DNA of 64,000 nt from Basidiobolus meristosporus CBS 931.73. Taxonomy: Eukaryota > Fungi > Basidiobolomycota. Both the position numbers and the translations under genes were made by a program. Under the pieces are notes generated by a model. The model saw only the letters and a list, made by a program, of their open reading frames with translations, was not told the origin of the DNA and ran no database searches. Shown in pieces: positions 1 to 10,989 of this stretch; positions within the stretch are counted from its first letter, which is position 1; every line of letters starts with the position of its first letter. Where the stretch lies: positions 62,001 to 126,000 of the forward strand of contig MCFE01000174.1 of the NCBI GenBank assembly GCA_002104905.1. Direction: 5' to 3'.

Positions 1-100
1 CAAAAATTGGATTTGAGATTTTGAACCAAAACACCAGCTGAATACCAGCAAAATACCAGCTGAAAATCAGATGAGTCCTAAGTTTGGGATTATTCATAGG
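1..100 (+). mobile_element. Right end of a CCCTA-family MITE (runs off the window start)
   Basis: CCAGCWRAATA repeats and ...AATCAGATGAGTCCTAAGTTTGGGATTATTCATAGG match the right ends of the copies at 3465-3785, 10471-10764 and 32253-32603. Confidence 0.7.
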
Positions 101-681
101 CATCTCTTCACTGATGCAGTCATGATCAAATTCAGAATACTCAACAGTGCAAGGAACGCAGGTGAAGTCTTATAGTCTTTACATTTGTAATTGTAGTGCA
201 GAGACTTTAGAAAGAGAGGCTCTTATAATTTTTAGCTGGGGAAGTCACTTATTTGAAAATTCTGAAGGATCACAGTTTTTGGGCAATTGTGCAAGCAATA
301 CCCAGGATAAAAGCTAATATTTTGCAGTGGCACAGATTGGACATAGGCTCAGCATCTGTGAAAATATCACGCAAATTGATTGGCTAGTTTAAAAGTTACA
401 TGCAATCAAAGTCACCATAGTAATCCTAGCAATAGATGTATAGTAAATATGGTTATTAAGCTCTGTTGATCAAAACTCCTCAAGTACTGCGTCCAATGGG
501 CTGTAATTAGAATCATGTATCAACTACTAAGTGTTCTGCATGATATAATATTTTTAAGTGGATTGCTAGTCAGGGTCATGAGCTTTTGTCCTTCAAATTT
601 GAAATTTCTTGATCTTTCATTTGTGCATTACGATAGCAAAAGCAAAATAAAGAAATGGGTGCAATATTGGTTTTGAGAGAT

Positions 682-1275
682 TAGACCTGTTCTGTTGGAT
701 AGTGCTACATTGAGCCATGAGTGCCAAATGATGCCATAGTGTGCCAGAGAGGTCAAGTGAGCCTATAATTGGCCACAGAGTGTGAAACATAGCTCTGCAT
801 CTTCATGTAAAGCGGCCCCTGTGTTTCACCCATTGCGCAGGAGAAAATCCATTTTTTGACCTTTTTTAGTGGACCAATGTAGCTCAGGATGTGAAAAAGC
901 ACAGGAGAACTGAAGATATGCATCAGTTACTCAATACCCATGGCACTCCAAATCTAGCTCCTGTAGCTTGTATCATGTCACAAAAATGAATGGCACTATC
1001 TTGGTCCACTGGTACTATCTGGCACTTTATTTAAATATTAGCCCTAAAGTAAGATCTATACAAAGTACTTATAGTGGCAGATAGTACCAGTGTAAGGTCA
1101 AAAAATGGATTTTCACCAACACAATGGGTGAAACACACGGGCTGCTTTGCATGAAGATGTAGAGCTATGTTTCACACTCTGTGGCCAGGTAGAGGCTCAC
1201 TTGGCCTCTCTGGCACACTATGGCATCATTTGGCACGCATGGCTCAATGTGGCACTATCCAACAGAACAAGTCTA
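682..1275. mobile_element. Foldback/MITE with ~182-bp terminal inverted repeats
   Basis: 682-863 is the reverse complement of 1094-1275 (roughly 90% by eye); ends TAGAC...GTCTA; no coding capacity. Confidence 0.85.
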
Positions 1276-1879
1276 TTGTAGTGATGGAATACTTTTCATT
1301 ACTACAAATCCCTCAACAATAAATTATTTTCCCTTTTATTAGTTTACCAACTTGTTGATTAGTGTGATCACTGCTACCTGCTGCTACCTGAACTTCCAAT
1401 CCCAGACCACAGGACACTCCCTGGAAACCACCCTGACAGCCAACCAGCATTAGAGGCACTGCTGGTGAGGAACACTCATTGGAGGTATCATGGTATTGTA
1501 TTTGACAGTTTCCCAAGCTTGTTCTTGTACAGGCAAAGATACTTTTCACTCTTTGTTAATATTGACCACAGCTGCATTCTTACCAAATCCCTACTGGTGG
1601 AGTTTACTGTTTTTTAGACTTTAGAAGCTCTAGCACTGAGGCATCTCAAAGGATGCTGGACCCAGCACATACTTATGATTAGATGCTAGGCAAGTTGGGG
1701 ATTGTAGCTCAATAGTTTTCCCTTGACAAGCTTGTGGCTTTATTCTCCTTTACACTAGAGTAAAGACAGAACCCAAGTATTCCCAGCAAGCTTTTGCCAG
1801 AGGTTATTGCATGCAGTGAATACTCCAAGCACATAACACTTAAGAAGTACTGAACATATCCCTTCTTTGAGCTTTTAGA

Positions 1880-2051
1880 TCAGACCCATGATCCCTTAAT
1901 TATTCCCCAATATTCCTTACTTAGTGTTACTGTTGTATTACTTCTACAAAGGTATAAATTCTGAGCTTTGTTATGAATAAACAACAGACCAATTATTATC
2001 ACTATTTCTTGATAAGTTCTTTATGTTCAACATACTTCTTAATGTGCAACA
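1880..2051 (+). repeat. Internally deleted, diverged LTR remnant of copia family A
   Basis: CTTAGTGTT...CTTCTACAAAGGTATAAAT...GAATAAACAACAG...TGCAACA matches the 3' half of LTR 5663-6031. Confidence 0.8.
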
Positions 2052-2289
2052 CTTCTCTCATAAATGCCAACATTATCACTAGATTTCCTTTTGACACAGT
2101 AAAGGAGATCTGTACCAAGTACTACAGCCATCTACCCAATCCACTCCAGAAGATCCCTTGTCAAGCATCTTTACTATCACAACACCAATGCCCTATACAG
2201 TCTCATTCTGGCATGCATGGCAACAGAGTCCCAGAAGCTGTCATTCCCAGCTGTCAGCAATAGAGTGCCACCTTGCGGAGGCTATAAAT

Positions 2290-2560
2290 GACTAGGTACA
2301 AGCTTGGAATACTTGGTTCAGATGCTTCAATAGACTTTCAAATCCCTGTGTGTTCAGCATCAGGTTCCATATCAGGAGCATCTTGATACCTTCCCAGTTG
2401 AGACTCATAGTCCTTCTTAAGGGCAGAGATACTTTTATTCTGGCAAATACATGGCACACTGGACAAAGTTTCAAGCACTGTCTGACATTGAGGGTAACAA
2501 CATCTGGTTTAGTGGGTTATCTGCTAGAAGTAGGATTGACAAAGAACCTTGGATAAAGTA
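2290..2560 (-). pseudogene. Possible DNA-transposase fragment
   Basis: LLIWNLMLNTQGFESLLKHLNQVF loosely resembles the helical N-terminal segment of CACTA-type transposases; weak. Confidence 0.2.
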
Positions 2561-2989
2561 TCTTCCAGAACTCAGTAGAGGGGAGAAATGTATGGCCATT
2601 CTAGCTTATATAAGAGAGGGTTGTTAGATTAGAATATATCACAGCTTGTAGGAAGCCAAGGAATGGTGTATGCAGCAGGAGGCAGAGGCTCCAGAATGAG
2701 ATATTTCTTTGTATGAGAGTGGTGGAGCATATATTTTACTATTTGAAGATATTTAGCCTATTGGCAGGCCAATACAGTGGAAAGTACTTCATAGGAGAAT
2801 GCAGCAGAATAGGTAAAAGAGCAGGGATACTTGTTAATTCACATTATACTCTTTCAACAAATTATCCACTGTGAGGAATATGTCTGGAAAATTATGAAGA
2901 GTCAATAAAGCAAGAAAAGTACTGTTTTGGCAACATAATTACAATTGATTAAAAATACTTGCAACTGTGTCCTACCACTGGCATCAAGG

Positions 2990-3424
2990 TGAATAGCACA
3001 GGTCCAGATAATGCCACATGGAGACATGAGTACCATATATTGCCATGCTGTGCCTGAGAGATAGGGGAGCCCTATACTTGCCTCAGAGTGTGAAACTAAG
3101 TTGTATATGTTCATGCAATATGGCCCCTGTGCTTCACCAATAGTTGTGGAGATAATTTATTTCTTAACCTTGATTGGGAACCATGTTGTGTATGACTTGG
3201 GTGCTTTTGTATTCTCACACATCCTGCATAACATTGTTTCAAAAAAATCAAGAAATGGATTTTTCCAACTCAGAAAGTGAAGCATAGGGGCTGCATTGCA
3301 AAAAGATATATAACTATGTTTCACACCATATGGCCAAGTATAGGTCTGCTCTTCTGCTCCAGCACACAATGGGCTTCTTTGACACTCATGGCTTAGCAAG
3401 GCACTACTCAATGGAGTAAGTCTG
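2990..3424. mobile_element. Diverged second copy of the long-TIR foldback element (boundaries approximate)
   Basis: Arms contain CAGAGTGTGAAAC...GGCCCCTGTGCTTCACC and the inverse AAATGGATTTT...GTTTCACAC...GGCACTA...AAGTCT, as in 682-1275. Confidence 0.7.
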
Positions 3425-3464
3425 ATGTATATCAGTTATAAAATATATCACAGGGGTATCTTAC

Positions 3465-3785
3465 CCCTAAGAAAAAAAATTGAGAAAAAGCCAGCAAAAT
3501 GCCATCATAGTATCAGCTGAATTCCAAGTTTCTCAAAATTGACAACTCTCATTATCTCTGTTCTGAGCTACTGCACAGGCAAGCAAACAAGTTTGCTAGG
3601 AGGAGACTAGGCAAACTAGCTTCCATGCCAAGTTTGGTAATTAGCTGCCCATTTATTCCATCAAAAATTGCATTTGAAGTTTGGAACCCAAAACATAAGC
3701 TGAATACCAGCAAAATACCATTAGAATACCAGCAGAATACCATCTAAAAATCAGATGAATTCCAAGTTTGAGATTTTTCAAAGGG
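3465..3785 (+). mobile_element. CCCTA-ended MITE with 3-bp TSD TAC
   Basis: Starts CCCTAAGA and ends TTTCAAAGGG; TAC at both 3462-3464 and 3786-3788; subterminal ATACCAGC repeats. Confidence 0.8.
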
Positions 3786-4169
3786 TACATTTGACTGAAT
3801 TACAATCTACTTTGCCCAAAAAAGCTGATTATCTTGCCGATGGATGGGTTATCCAGATGCAGATAATAATATGCACTTTTACATGGCCTCCATCAGCAGA
3901 CAAATCAGCAGATCTTTGTCAGACAGAAATAGATATATTTAATAGGATCTAATTAGGTGATGATGATGCAAGTAAATGAATCATCACCCACAACCAACAT
4001 TAGTAAATACAATTTGTCAGCATGTGATCTGGTAAAATGTATGTATGGAGCTATTGGAACCACTATTAAAGTCAGTACAAGTTATAGTAAATACAATATC
4101 AGTTGAATCCCTATTCCTATACAATTCTTCAATTATGACTTGTAAAAGTGACAAATTGATTCATGAGTG

Positions 4170-4858
4170 GCAAGTAACACCATGCAGTGCCTGAGAGGCA
4201 ATTTGGATCTATACTTGGCCACAGAGTGCTAAACAGAGCTTGAAATCATAATGCAAAGCTGCCCCTATGTTTCACTCACTGGGCTTAAGAAAATCCATTT
4301 TTGAGCTTATATTTGGTATCAGTACTGTGCATGAAATCTAAGAGCACATCAAGAAAGAGAACATTCATTTGATACTCAATACCCATGGCACTCTTATTCT
4401 TGCTACCCAGGTTTGTAGCTCTTGACAAAAAGGCAAGTCATTATCTTGGTCCACTGGTACTTTCTGGCACCATATTTAAGCATCAGTCCTAGAATACAAC
4501 CCATACAGCACATTTAATGCCCCAGATAGTAACAGTGAACCAAGATAGTGTCAAGCATTTTTGTGAATGATACAAACCTATGCATCTAGACTCAGAGTGA
4601 CACAGATATTGATTACCAAATGCAGGACTTCTTGCCTTCTATACTTTTGCACATCAACTATAATATTGATCTAAAAAATAGTCAAAAAATGGATTTTCTC
4701 AGGCAAAGTAAGTGAAGACAAGGGTAGTCTTGCATAAAGATGTAAAATTACTTCTCAAACTCTGCAGTCATATATAGACTGTTATTGCCTCTCTGGCGCA
4801 GTGTGGCATTATTTGGCACACATGACTCTATATGGCCCTATCTAACATAACAAGTCTA
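4170..4858. mobile_element. Third copy of the long-TIR foldback element (left end eroded, internal insertion)
   Basis: Shares arm motifs and the internal CTCAATACCCATGGCACT and TATCTTGGTCCACTGGTACT blocks with 682-1275; ends ACAAGTCTA. Confidence 0.75.
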
Positions 4859-5662
4859 ATTAGTGGCTACCCAGATTTGCTGGGAAGGTACTTAAATAAT
4901 ACAGATCCATCTTGTGGGACAATAAAAATATGACTTTACAAACTTTTGAGGTAGCCTTGGTTTCTAAGTTGCTTATGCTGCTTGCAAATGACTATATCAG
5001 AGTTGTACATATTTGATTGATACTAGGTATATTAACTTGAAACTTCACAAAATCTGTTGGACCACATGGGTCACCTTAGATAGAGTATTACTGGAATTCA
5101 TCTGAGCTGTTTACAATGTTTTCCTTATAGGGGGGTAGATTTCTCAGAGGTTGTTTATCTTGCAATGGTGGCACTCTCTGATATGAATGCTATGCAACTG
5201 TCAGCCCATGCTGGCATTGGGACAGTCTCTTGGCTACATGGTGCCTGTTGCATGACAGTTCTCAATTTGCATCATAGACATGGTAACTTGCATTCTGAAA
5301 GGCTCTGGTGGGCAGTGGCGGTAAGCTCTCAGCTCCCCCAATACTGATACTGGCAGAAACTACCACTTCCCAAGCCCAAACATGTCATTATTCACCAGTA
5401 TCCAAATTCCTGTTCTCATTGGGCTCTATAAGCTATTCTTGGCAATTTCAGCAGGTATTTTCTGGCTGCATATCCATTGGTGAGCCTCTTCTCCTTGGCT
5501 ATCACTTTACAGGCCATATTCTGATGGCAAAATTGCTAAACCTTTTCCCCTATCTACTTTCAATTGAGAGATAGAGGGTAATAAAAACTGTAATGGGCAA
5601 CAGGAAGTTAAGTTATAATCTCAGAGATAATGCCTGTGAAACAGCTACCACATCCCAGGAAG

Positions 5663-6031
5663 TGCTGAAATATTGGACTATTTGGTATCATTCAGCAGCT
5701 AAAAATTTACTTAACAATTCTAGGCTAGTCTCAGTCACTGTAGGACTCATTTACTGCCTTAACTTTGCCACTTTCTCCAGATATATGATCTTATGATTAT
5801 TCCCCTATAGTCAGGATCAAATTAGCACTATTACCAAACATTATGTACTAACCCTGAAACTGTTACAGAATGCTCCTGAATATTGAGAAACCCTCCCTTC
5901 TTAGTGTTGCAGCTGTATTACTTCTACAAAGGTATAAATACTGAGCTTCTTTATGAATAAACAACAGTTCAACTATTATCACTATTTCTTGATAAGTTCC
6001 TTACATCCAAATCACTTCTTAAATTGCAACA
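5663..6031 (+). repeat. 5' LTR of copia A
   Basis: TGCTG...CAACA, TATAAATA, AATAAA; followed directly by the PBS. Confidence 0.97.
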
Positions 6032-6043
6032 GGTTATGAGCCC
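6032..6043 (+). other. Primer-binding site complementary to the tRNA-iMet anticodon stem-loop
   Basis: GGTTATGAGCCC immediately after the LTR is the reverse complement of GGGCUCAUAACC; also at 15875 and 35539, and degenerate at ~14938. Confidence 0.9.
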
Positions 6044-6067
6044 CAATTGCCTTAATCTATTCTAAAG

Positions 6068-9000
6068 ATGACTTCTACCAGCAAACAAAGCAATACCAAC
6101 ATCTTCCCTGTAAAGGAGAGGTTTGATGGGAAGAACTACAGACTTTGGAGAATCAAGATGCAGATCCACCTTGAGGAAAGAAAGCTTTGGAATATAGTAA
6201 CAGGAAAGGAAGTTGAGCCCAAAGGAACAGCAGAAGATGTGGAGAAGTTTCAAGAGAAGGAGAGAAAGGCCTTCAATGCAATATGCATCAATGTGCAAGA
6301 CTCCTTCATTGGACAAATCCATGCCTCAAATACTGCCAAAGCAGCATGGGAATCCTTAGAGAAGATCTTTAGAGCAAAGTCAGTATCAAGCAAGCTTTAT
6401 TCGAAACGAAAGTTCTTCAACATGAGAAAAAAGCCAGATGATGACATGCTACAACTCATTACCAGAATGGAGACACTTGCAGAAGAACTTTACAGTATTA
6501 ATGCTGGTGTAGATGATGAAGAAAAGATACTCTGTCTGCTTTGCAGCCTACCAGACAAGTATGAGCCACTCATACTTTCTTTTGAAAGCAGAGAAGACAA
6601 CTTGACTTTAGACTATGTCAAAGGAAGACTTCTCCATGAAGAACTCAGACGTAATGATCAAGCAGAGAAAATTGAAGATAATGCTTTATTCAGTTCAGAA
6701 AGGCATACAGAAAAGAAGGGAAAGCAACAAAACCAAAGAAAACCTGGCTGCTGTAACTACTGTAAGAAGCCAGGACACTGGGCAAGAGAATGCAAGAAGA
6801 AACAAGCAGACGAAAAACAGAAACTAGAGCAGGCAAACCATATAACTACTGATGAACAGTTATTTGTCACTGTACAAGAGAGTGCAAGTAACCAAAGTAA
6901 TGAATGGTATATTGACTCTGGAGCATCACAGCATATTTGTGGTATAAAGGATTGGTTCAGCAACTTAAAGACTATTCCCGTAAGAAAGGTTTATCTGGGA
7001 GATAACTCTGCACTGGAAGCTACCGCTAGTGGGTCTATACAACTAAATATGAGTGATAACTCAGGGGCAACAACAGCAAAACTGACTGACGTACTCTATG
7101 TACCTGGAATAGCTAAGAACCTACTCTCAGTCAGTAAAGCAACTACTCAGGGACTGAAATTCGTTTTTACTAAGCTGAGCTGCTCAATATTGAGTGAAAA
7201 TGGACAAAAATTAGCTTTGGGAATCAGAGATCACAATATATACAAGTTACAATGCAAGATTATTGTACCTGAGTATGTCAACATTGCTGAAACTGATGAA
7301 ACCAACTGGGAGACGTGGCATAGGAGGCTAGGACACATAGGGGAACAGAAAATGAGCCAATTGGTAAAAAATCAGCTTGTTTTGGGCCTAAAATACTCAA
7401 TTCCGACCAAATTGAATGTTTGTAAGGGATGTTCATATGGCAAACAAGCTAGGCAACGTTTCAAGAGCTCAGAAGGCATTAATACCACCAAAATATTGGC
7501 TATTGTACACTCAGACATATGTGGCCCCATGAGAACACTGTCCTTTGGAGCCAAGAGATACTTTATGACGTTTATTGATGACAAGACAAGATATACATGG
7601 GTGTACTTCCTCAAAACAAAGGATGAAGCTTTAGAGACGTTTAAGCACTTCAAGAACGTGGCAGAAACACAAACTGGGTGTAAATTGAAGGTACTACAAA
7701 GTGACAATGGAGGAGAATACTGCTCAAAGGAGTTTGCAAAATACTGCTTGTCTACTGGTATACTTCAACAGACCACAGTTCCTCATACTCCACAGCAAAA
7801 TGGAGTAGCAGAACGTGCAAATAGAACAATAGTAGAGATGGCAAGATCTATGCTACATGATAAGGGAATGGACTACAAGTTTTGGGCTGAATCTGTTGCT
7901 ACCGCTGTATACATCAAGAACAGATGCCCAACAACAGCACTGCGTGATTCTACACCCTTTGAAGCATATACAGGCAAAAAACCAGATCTCCAGCACCTCA
8001 GGATCTTTGGCAGTGATGTTTTTTATCACATCCCTGACAAAAAACGCTCAAAGTTGGAACCAAAGAGTAGAAAAGGATCTTTGTTGGGTATTGTGAAGAT
8101 ACTAAAGGGTATAGAGTGTATGATGGCAAAATTCAGAAGCTGATCAAGAGCAGGGACGTTGTATTTGAGGGGAATTCAGATCAGAAAGCCACAGAAATCA
8201 TTGGCCAGCTGCCTGATGATGCAATCAACACAAATGAAGAAGATACGTACCAAATCCAGCCAGAGATGCAAGATACTTCTACCAGTTCCAGATCAGAACA
8301 GATTATCCCAGTTAGGAGATCTACCAGAATAAGAAATGCCCCTGGATCCTGGTGGCAGACATCCAATGATCATGAAGAAGCTTATCTTGCCTTATGTGCC
8401 AAACCTCAGAATCTGGAACAGGCAATGCAAGGTCCAGATGCTACTAAGTGGCAACAAGCCATGCAGGAGGAGTACCAATCACTGATCAAGGCAAAAACGT
8501 GGGAACTGGTAGATTTACCAAATGGGAGAAAGCCAATAGGATGTAGATGGGTCTACAACATCAAGATAACCTCAAATGGTGCCGTTGATAAGTACAAGGC
8601 TAGATTGGTAGCTAAAGGCTATTCCCAGATCCAGGGACTAGACTTTAAGGAAACATTTGCTCCGGTTGCCAAGTTTAACTCTGTTAGGACAGTTCTAGCC
8701 CTGGCAGCTGTACACAGTCTAGATCTACACCAAATGGACGTCAAAACAGCCTTTCTAAATGGGGACTTGCAAGAAACTATATATATGGAGCAACCAGAAG
8801 GTTTTACCGTTCCAAAAAGCCCCCATAAGGAGTGCAAACTTAGAAAATTGTTGTATGGGCTTAAGCAGGCACCCAGAGCATGGTATAACAAGATTGACAC
8901 ATATCTAGAGGAAATTGGGTTCTCTCGTAGCACTGCAGATCACAGTATATATGTGAAACAGCTCAAAAAGGGTGTGATCATCCTAGTTCTTTATGTGGAC

Positions 9001-9984
9001 AACCTAATTATAGCTACAAGTGATCAAGAGGCACTTAAACAGACAAAATCAGATCTCTTCAGCAAGTTTGAGATGAAAGATCTTGGAAAATTGAGCTATT
9101 TTCTTGGAATTGAGGTCAAATTTGACATACCAACGCAGAAAATTGTGCTGAATCAGTCTAAGTACATCAGGGACATTCTTAGACGCTTCAAAATGGAAAA
9201 TTGCAAGCCTGCAGCAACCCCTATGGACAATAAGCTGAAATTAAGCAAATCTCAGCCAGTTATGGATGAAAACAGCTCAAATATGGACCAAAACTTTCCC
9301 TATCAATCAATGGTCGGTAGCCTAATGTACTTGATGGTGTCTACACGTCCAGATATTGCAGTAGCAGTTGGAATAGTCAGTCAATTCATGCAGAATTATG
9401 GATCAGATCAAATTGCAGCAGTTAAGCGGATTTTCAGATATCTACAAGGTACCATAAATATGGTACTGGAATACTCTGGAGCAGCTAATAGGCCAAAATT
9501 TGATGGTTATAGTGATTCAGATTGGGGTAGAGATCTGATTGACAGACGCTCTACCACATGCTATGTATTTCTTTATGCTGGTGCAGCTATTACTTGGAAT
9601 TGCAAGAAACAACCAACTGTGGCACTATCTACAACTGAAGCCAAATATATGGCTGCATGTCAAGCAACTAAGGAGGCTATATGGCTACAAAAATTATTCA
9701 AAGACTTAGGTTTTAATTCAGGTGAACCAACATGTATTTACAAGGATAATCAAAGTTGTATTTCATTAGCTAGAAAACCTACTAATCATGCCAGAACTAA
9801 GCACATTGATTTACAGCATCACTTTGTGAGGGAAGCTGTAGAAAATAACTTAGTAGAGCTGGTTTACTGCCCAACTGACAAAATGGTGGCAGACATATTG
9901 ATAAAACCACCAGCTAGGCCACAGTTTGAGATCCTTAGAGAGAAATTGGGATTAAGAAATTATTTCGTTGAGGGGGAGTGTTGA
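6068..9984 (+). pseudogene. Copia gag-pol polyprotein with one frameshift (~8075) and mutated RT/RNase H motifs
   Basis: Zinc knuckle CNYCKKPGHWAREC, protease WYIDSGAS, GAG-pre-integrase WHRRLGH, integrase HSD/SDNGGEY/NGVAER, RT YKARLVAKG and YVDN, RNase H EAKY. AAAGGATC here versus AAAGGGATC in the sibling copies is a 1-bp loss (mutation or assembly error). Confidence 0.95.
9970..9978 (+). other. Polypurine tract of copia A
   Basis: GAGGGGGAG directly before the 3' LTR. Confidence 0.9.
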
Positions 9985-10347
9985 AATATTGGACTATTTG
10001 GTATCATTCAGCAGCTAAAAATTTACTTAACAATTCTAGGCTAGTCTCAGTCACTGTAGGACTCATTTACTGCCTTAACTTTGCCACTTTCTCCAGATAT
10101 ATGATCTTATGATTATTCCCCTATAGTCAGGATCAAATTAGCACTATTACCAAACATTATGTACTAACCCTGAAACTGTTACAGAATGCTCCTGAATATT
10201 GAGAAACCCTCCCTTCTTAGTGTTGCAGCTGTATTACTTCTACAAAGGTATAAATACTGAGCTTCTTTATGAATAAACAACAGTTCAACTATTATCACTA
10301 TTTCTTGATAAGTTCCTTACATCCAAATCACTTCTTAAATTGCAACA
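9979..10347 (+). repeat. 3' LTR of copia A
   Basis: TGTTG...CAACA, identical to the 5' LTR except at position 3. Confidence 0.97.
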
Positions 10348-10470
10348 GGAAGGCAGCAGGCATACAAATTACCCAACTTTGACACAGGGAGGTAGTGACA
10401 ATAAATAGCAATACAGCTCTCTTTTGTGTCTTGTAATTGGAGTGATTACAACCTGTATTTCCTCAACAAA

Positions 10471-10764
10471 CCCTAAGAAAAAATTTAAGGAAAGGCCAGC
10501 AAATACAACTGGAATAGCATCTGAGTTCCAGGTTTCTCAAAATCTACAATCTCAATATCTGTAATGTTGGCTGATAGCCAGGCAAGCAAACACATATCCA
10601 GGAGGAGACTAGACCAAGCAGAATACATCACAAATTTGGTAATTAGCTGCCCATTGCTTTGATCAGAGATTGCATTTGAAACTTGGGCCAAAAACTTCAG
10701 CTGATTACCAGCATAATTTCAGCTAAAAATCAGATGAATTCAAAGTTTGAGACTTTTTATAGGG
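10471..10764 (+). mobile_element. CCCTA-ended MITE
   Basis: CCCTAAGAAAA...GACTTTTTATAGGG; flanks AAA/AAG; internal sequence homologous to 3465-3785. Confidence 0.75.
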
Positions 10765-10989
10765 AAGGAACAACTGGAGGGCAAGTGTGGTACCAGCAGC
10801 CATGGCAGGAACTGCTCCAATAGCATATATTAGAGTTGTTAAAATGAAAAGCTTGTAGTTGATTTGGGACCTTGGACAGATGGTTTGCCTTTGAGTACAT
10901 ACTAGACTTGCTCTAGGGGGATAGTGCCACATAGTACCAGATCAGTTGTTATGATCTGCCACTTGAATGTTTAAGCTAGATCAGCTTTT

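Larger units (their letters stand above)
5663..10347 (+). mobile_element. Ty1/copia LTR retrotransposon, copy A (full length, very young)
   Basis: 369-bp LTRs 5663-6031 and 9979-10347 differing at one base; TG...CA ends; 5-bp TSD GGAAG (5658-5662, 10348-10352); PBS, PPT; order gag-PR-IN-RT-RNH. Confidence 0.98.

Noticed and set aside
8060-8145. Programmed ribosomal frameshift between the two copia A ORFs
   Set aside because: Sibling copies have AAAGGGATC, which keeps the frame (KGIF.GYC). Copy A simply lacks one G, and the break is in the integrase C-terminal region, not at the gag/pol junction
9720-9760. YKDNQ in copia RNase H as a CpG-induced lesion
   Set aside because: All three A-family copies have K and the position varies among copia elements (family E has Q), so it may be ancestral
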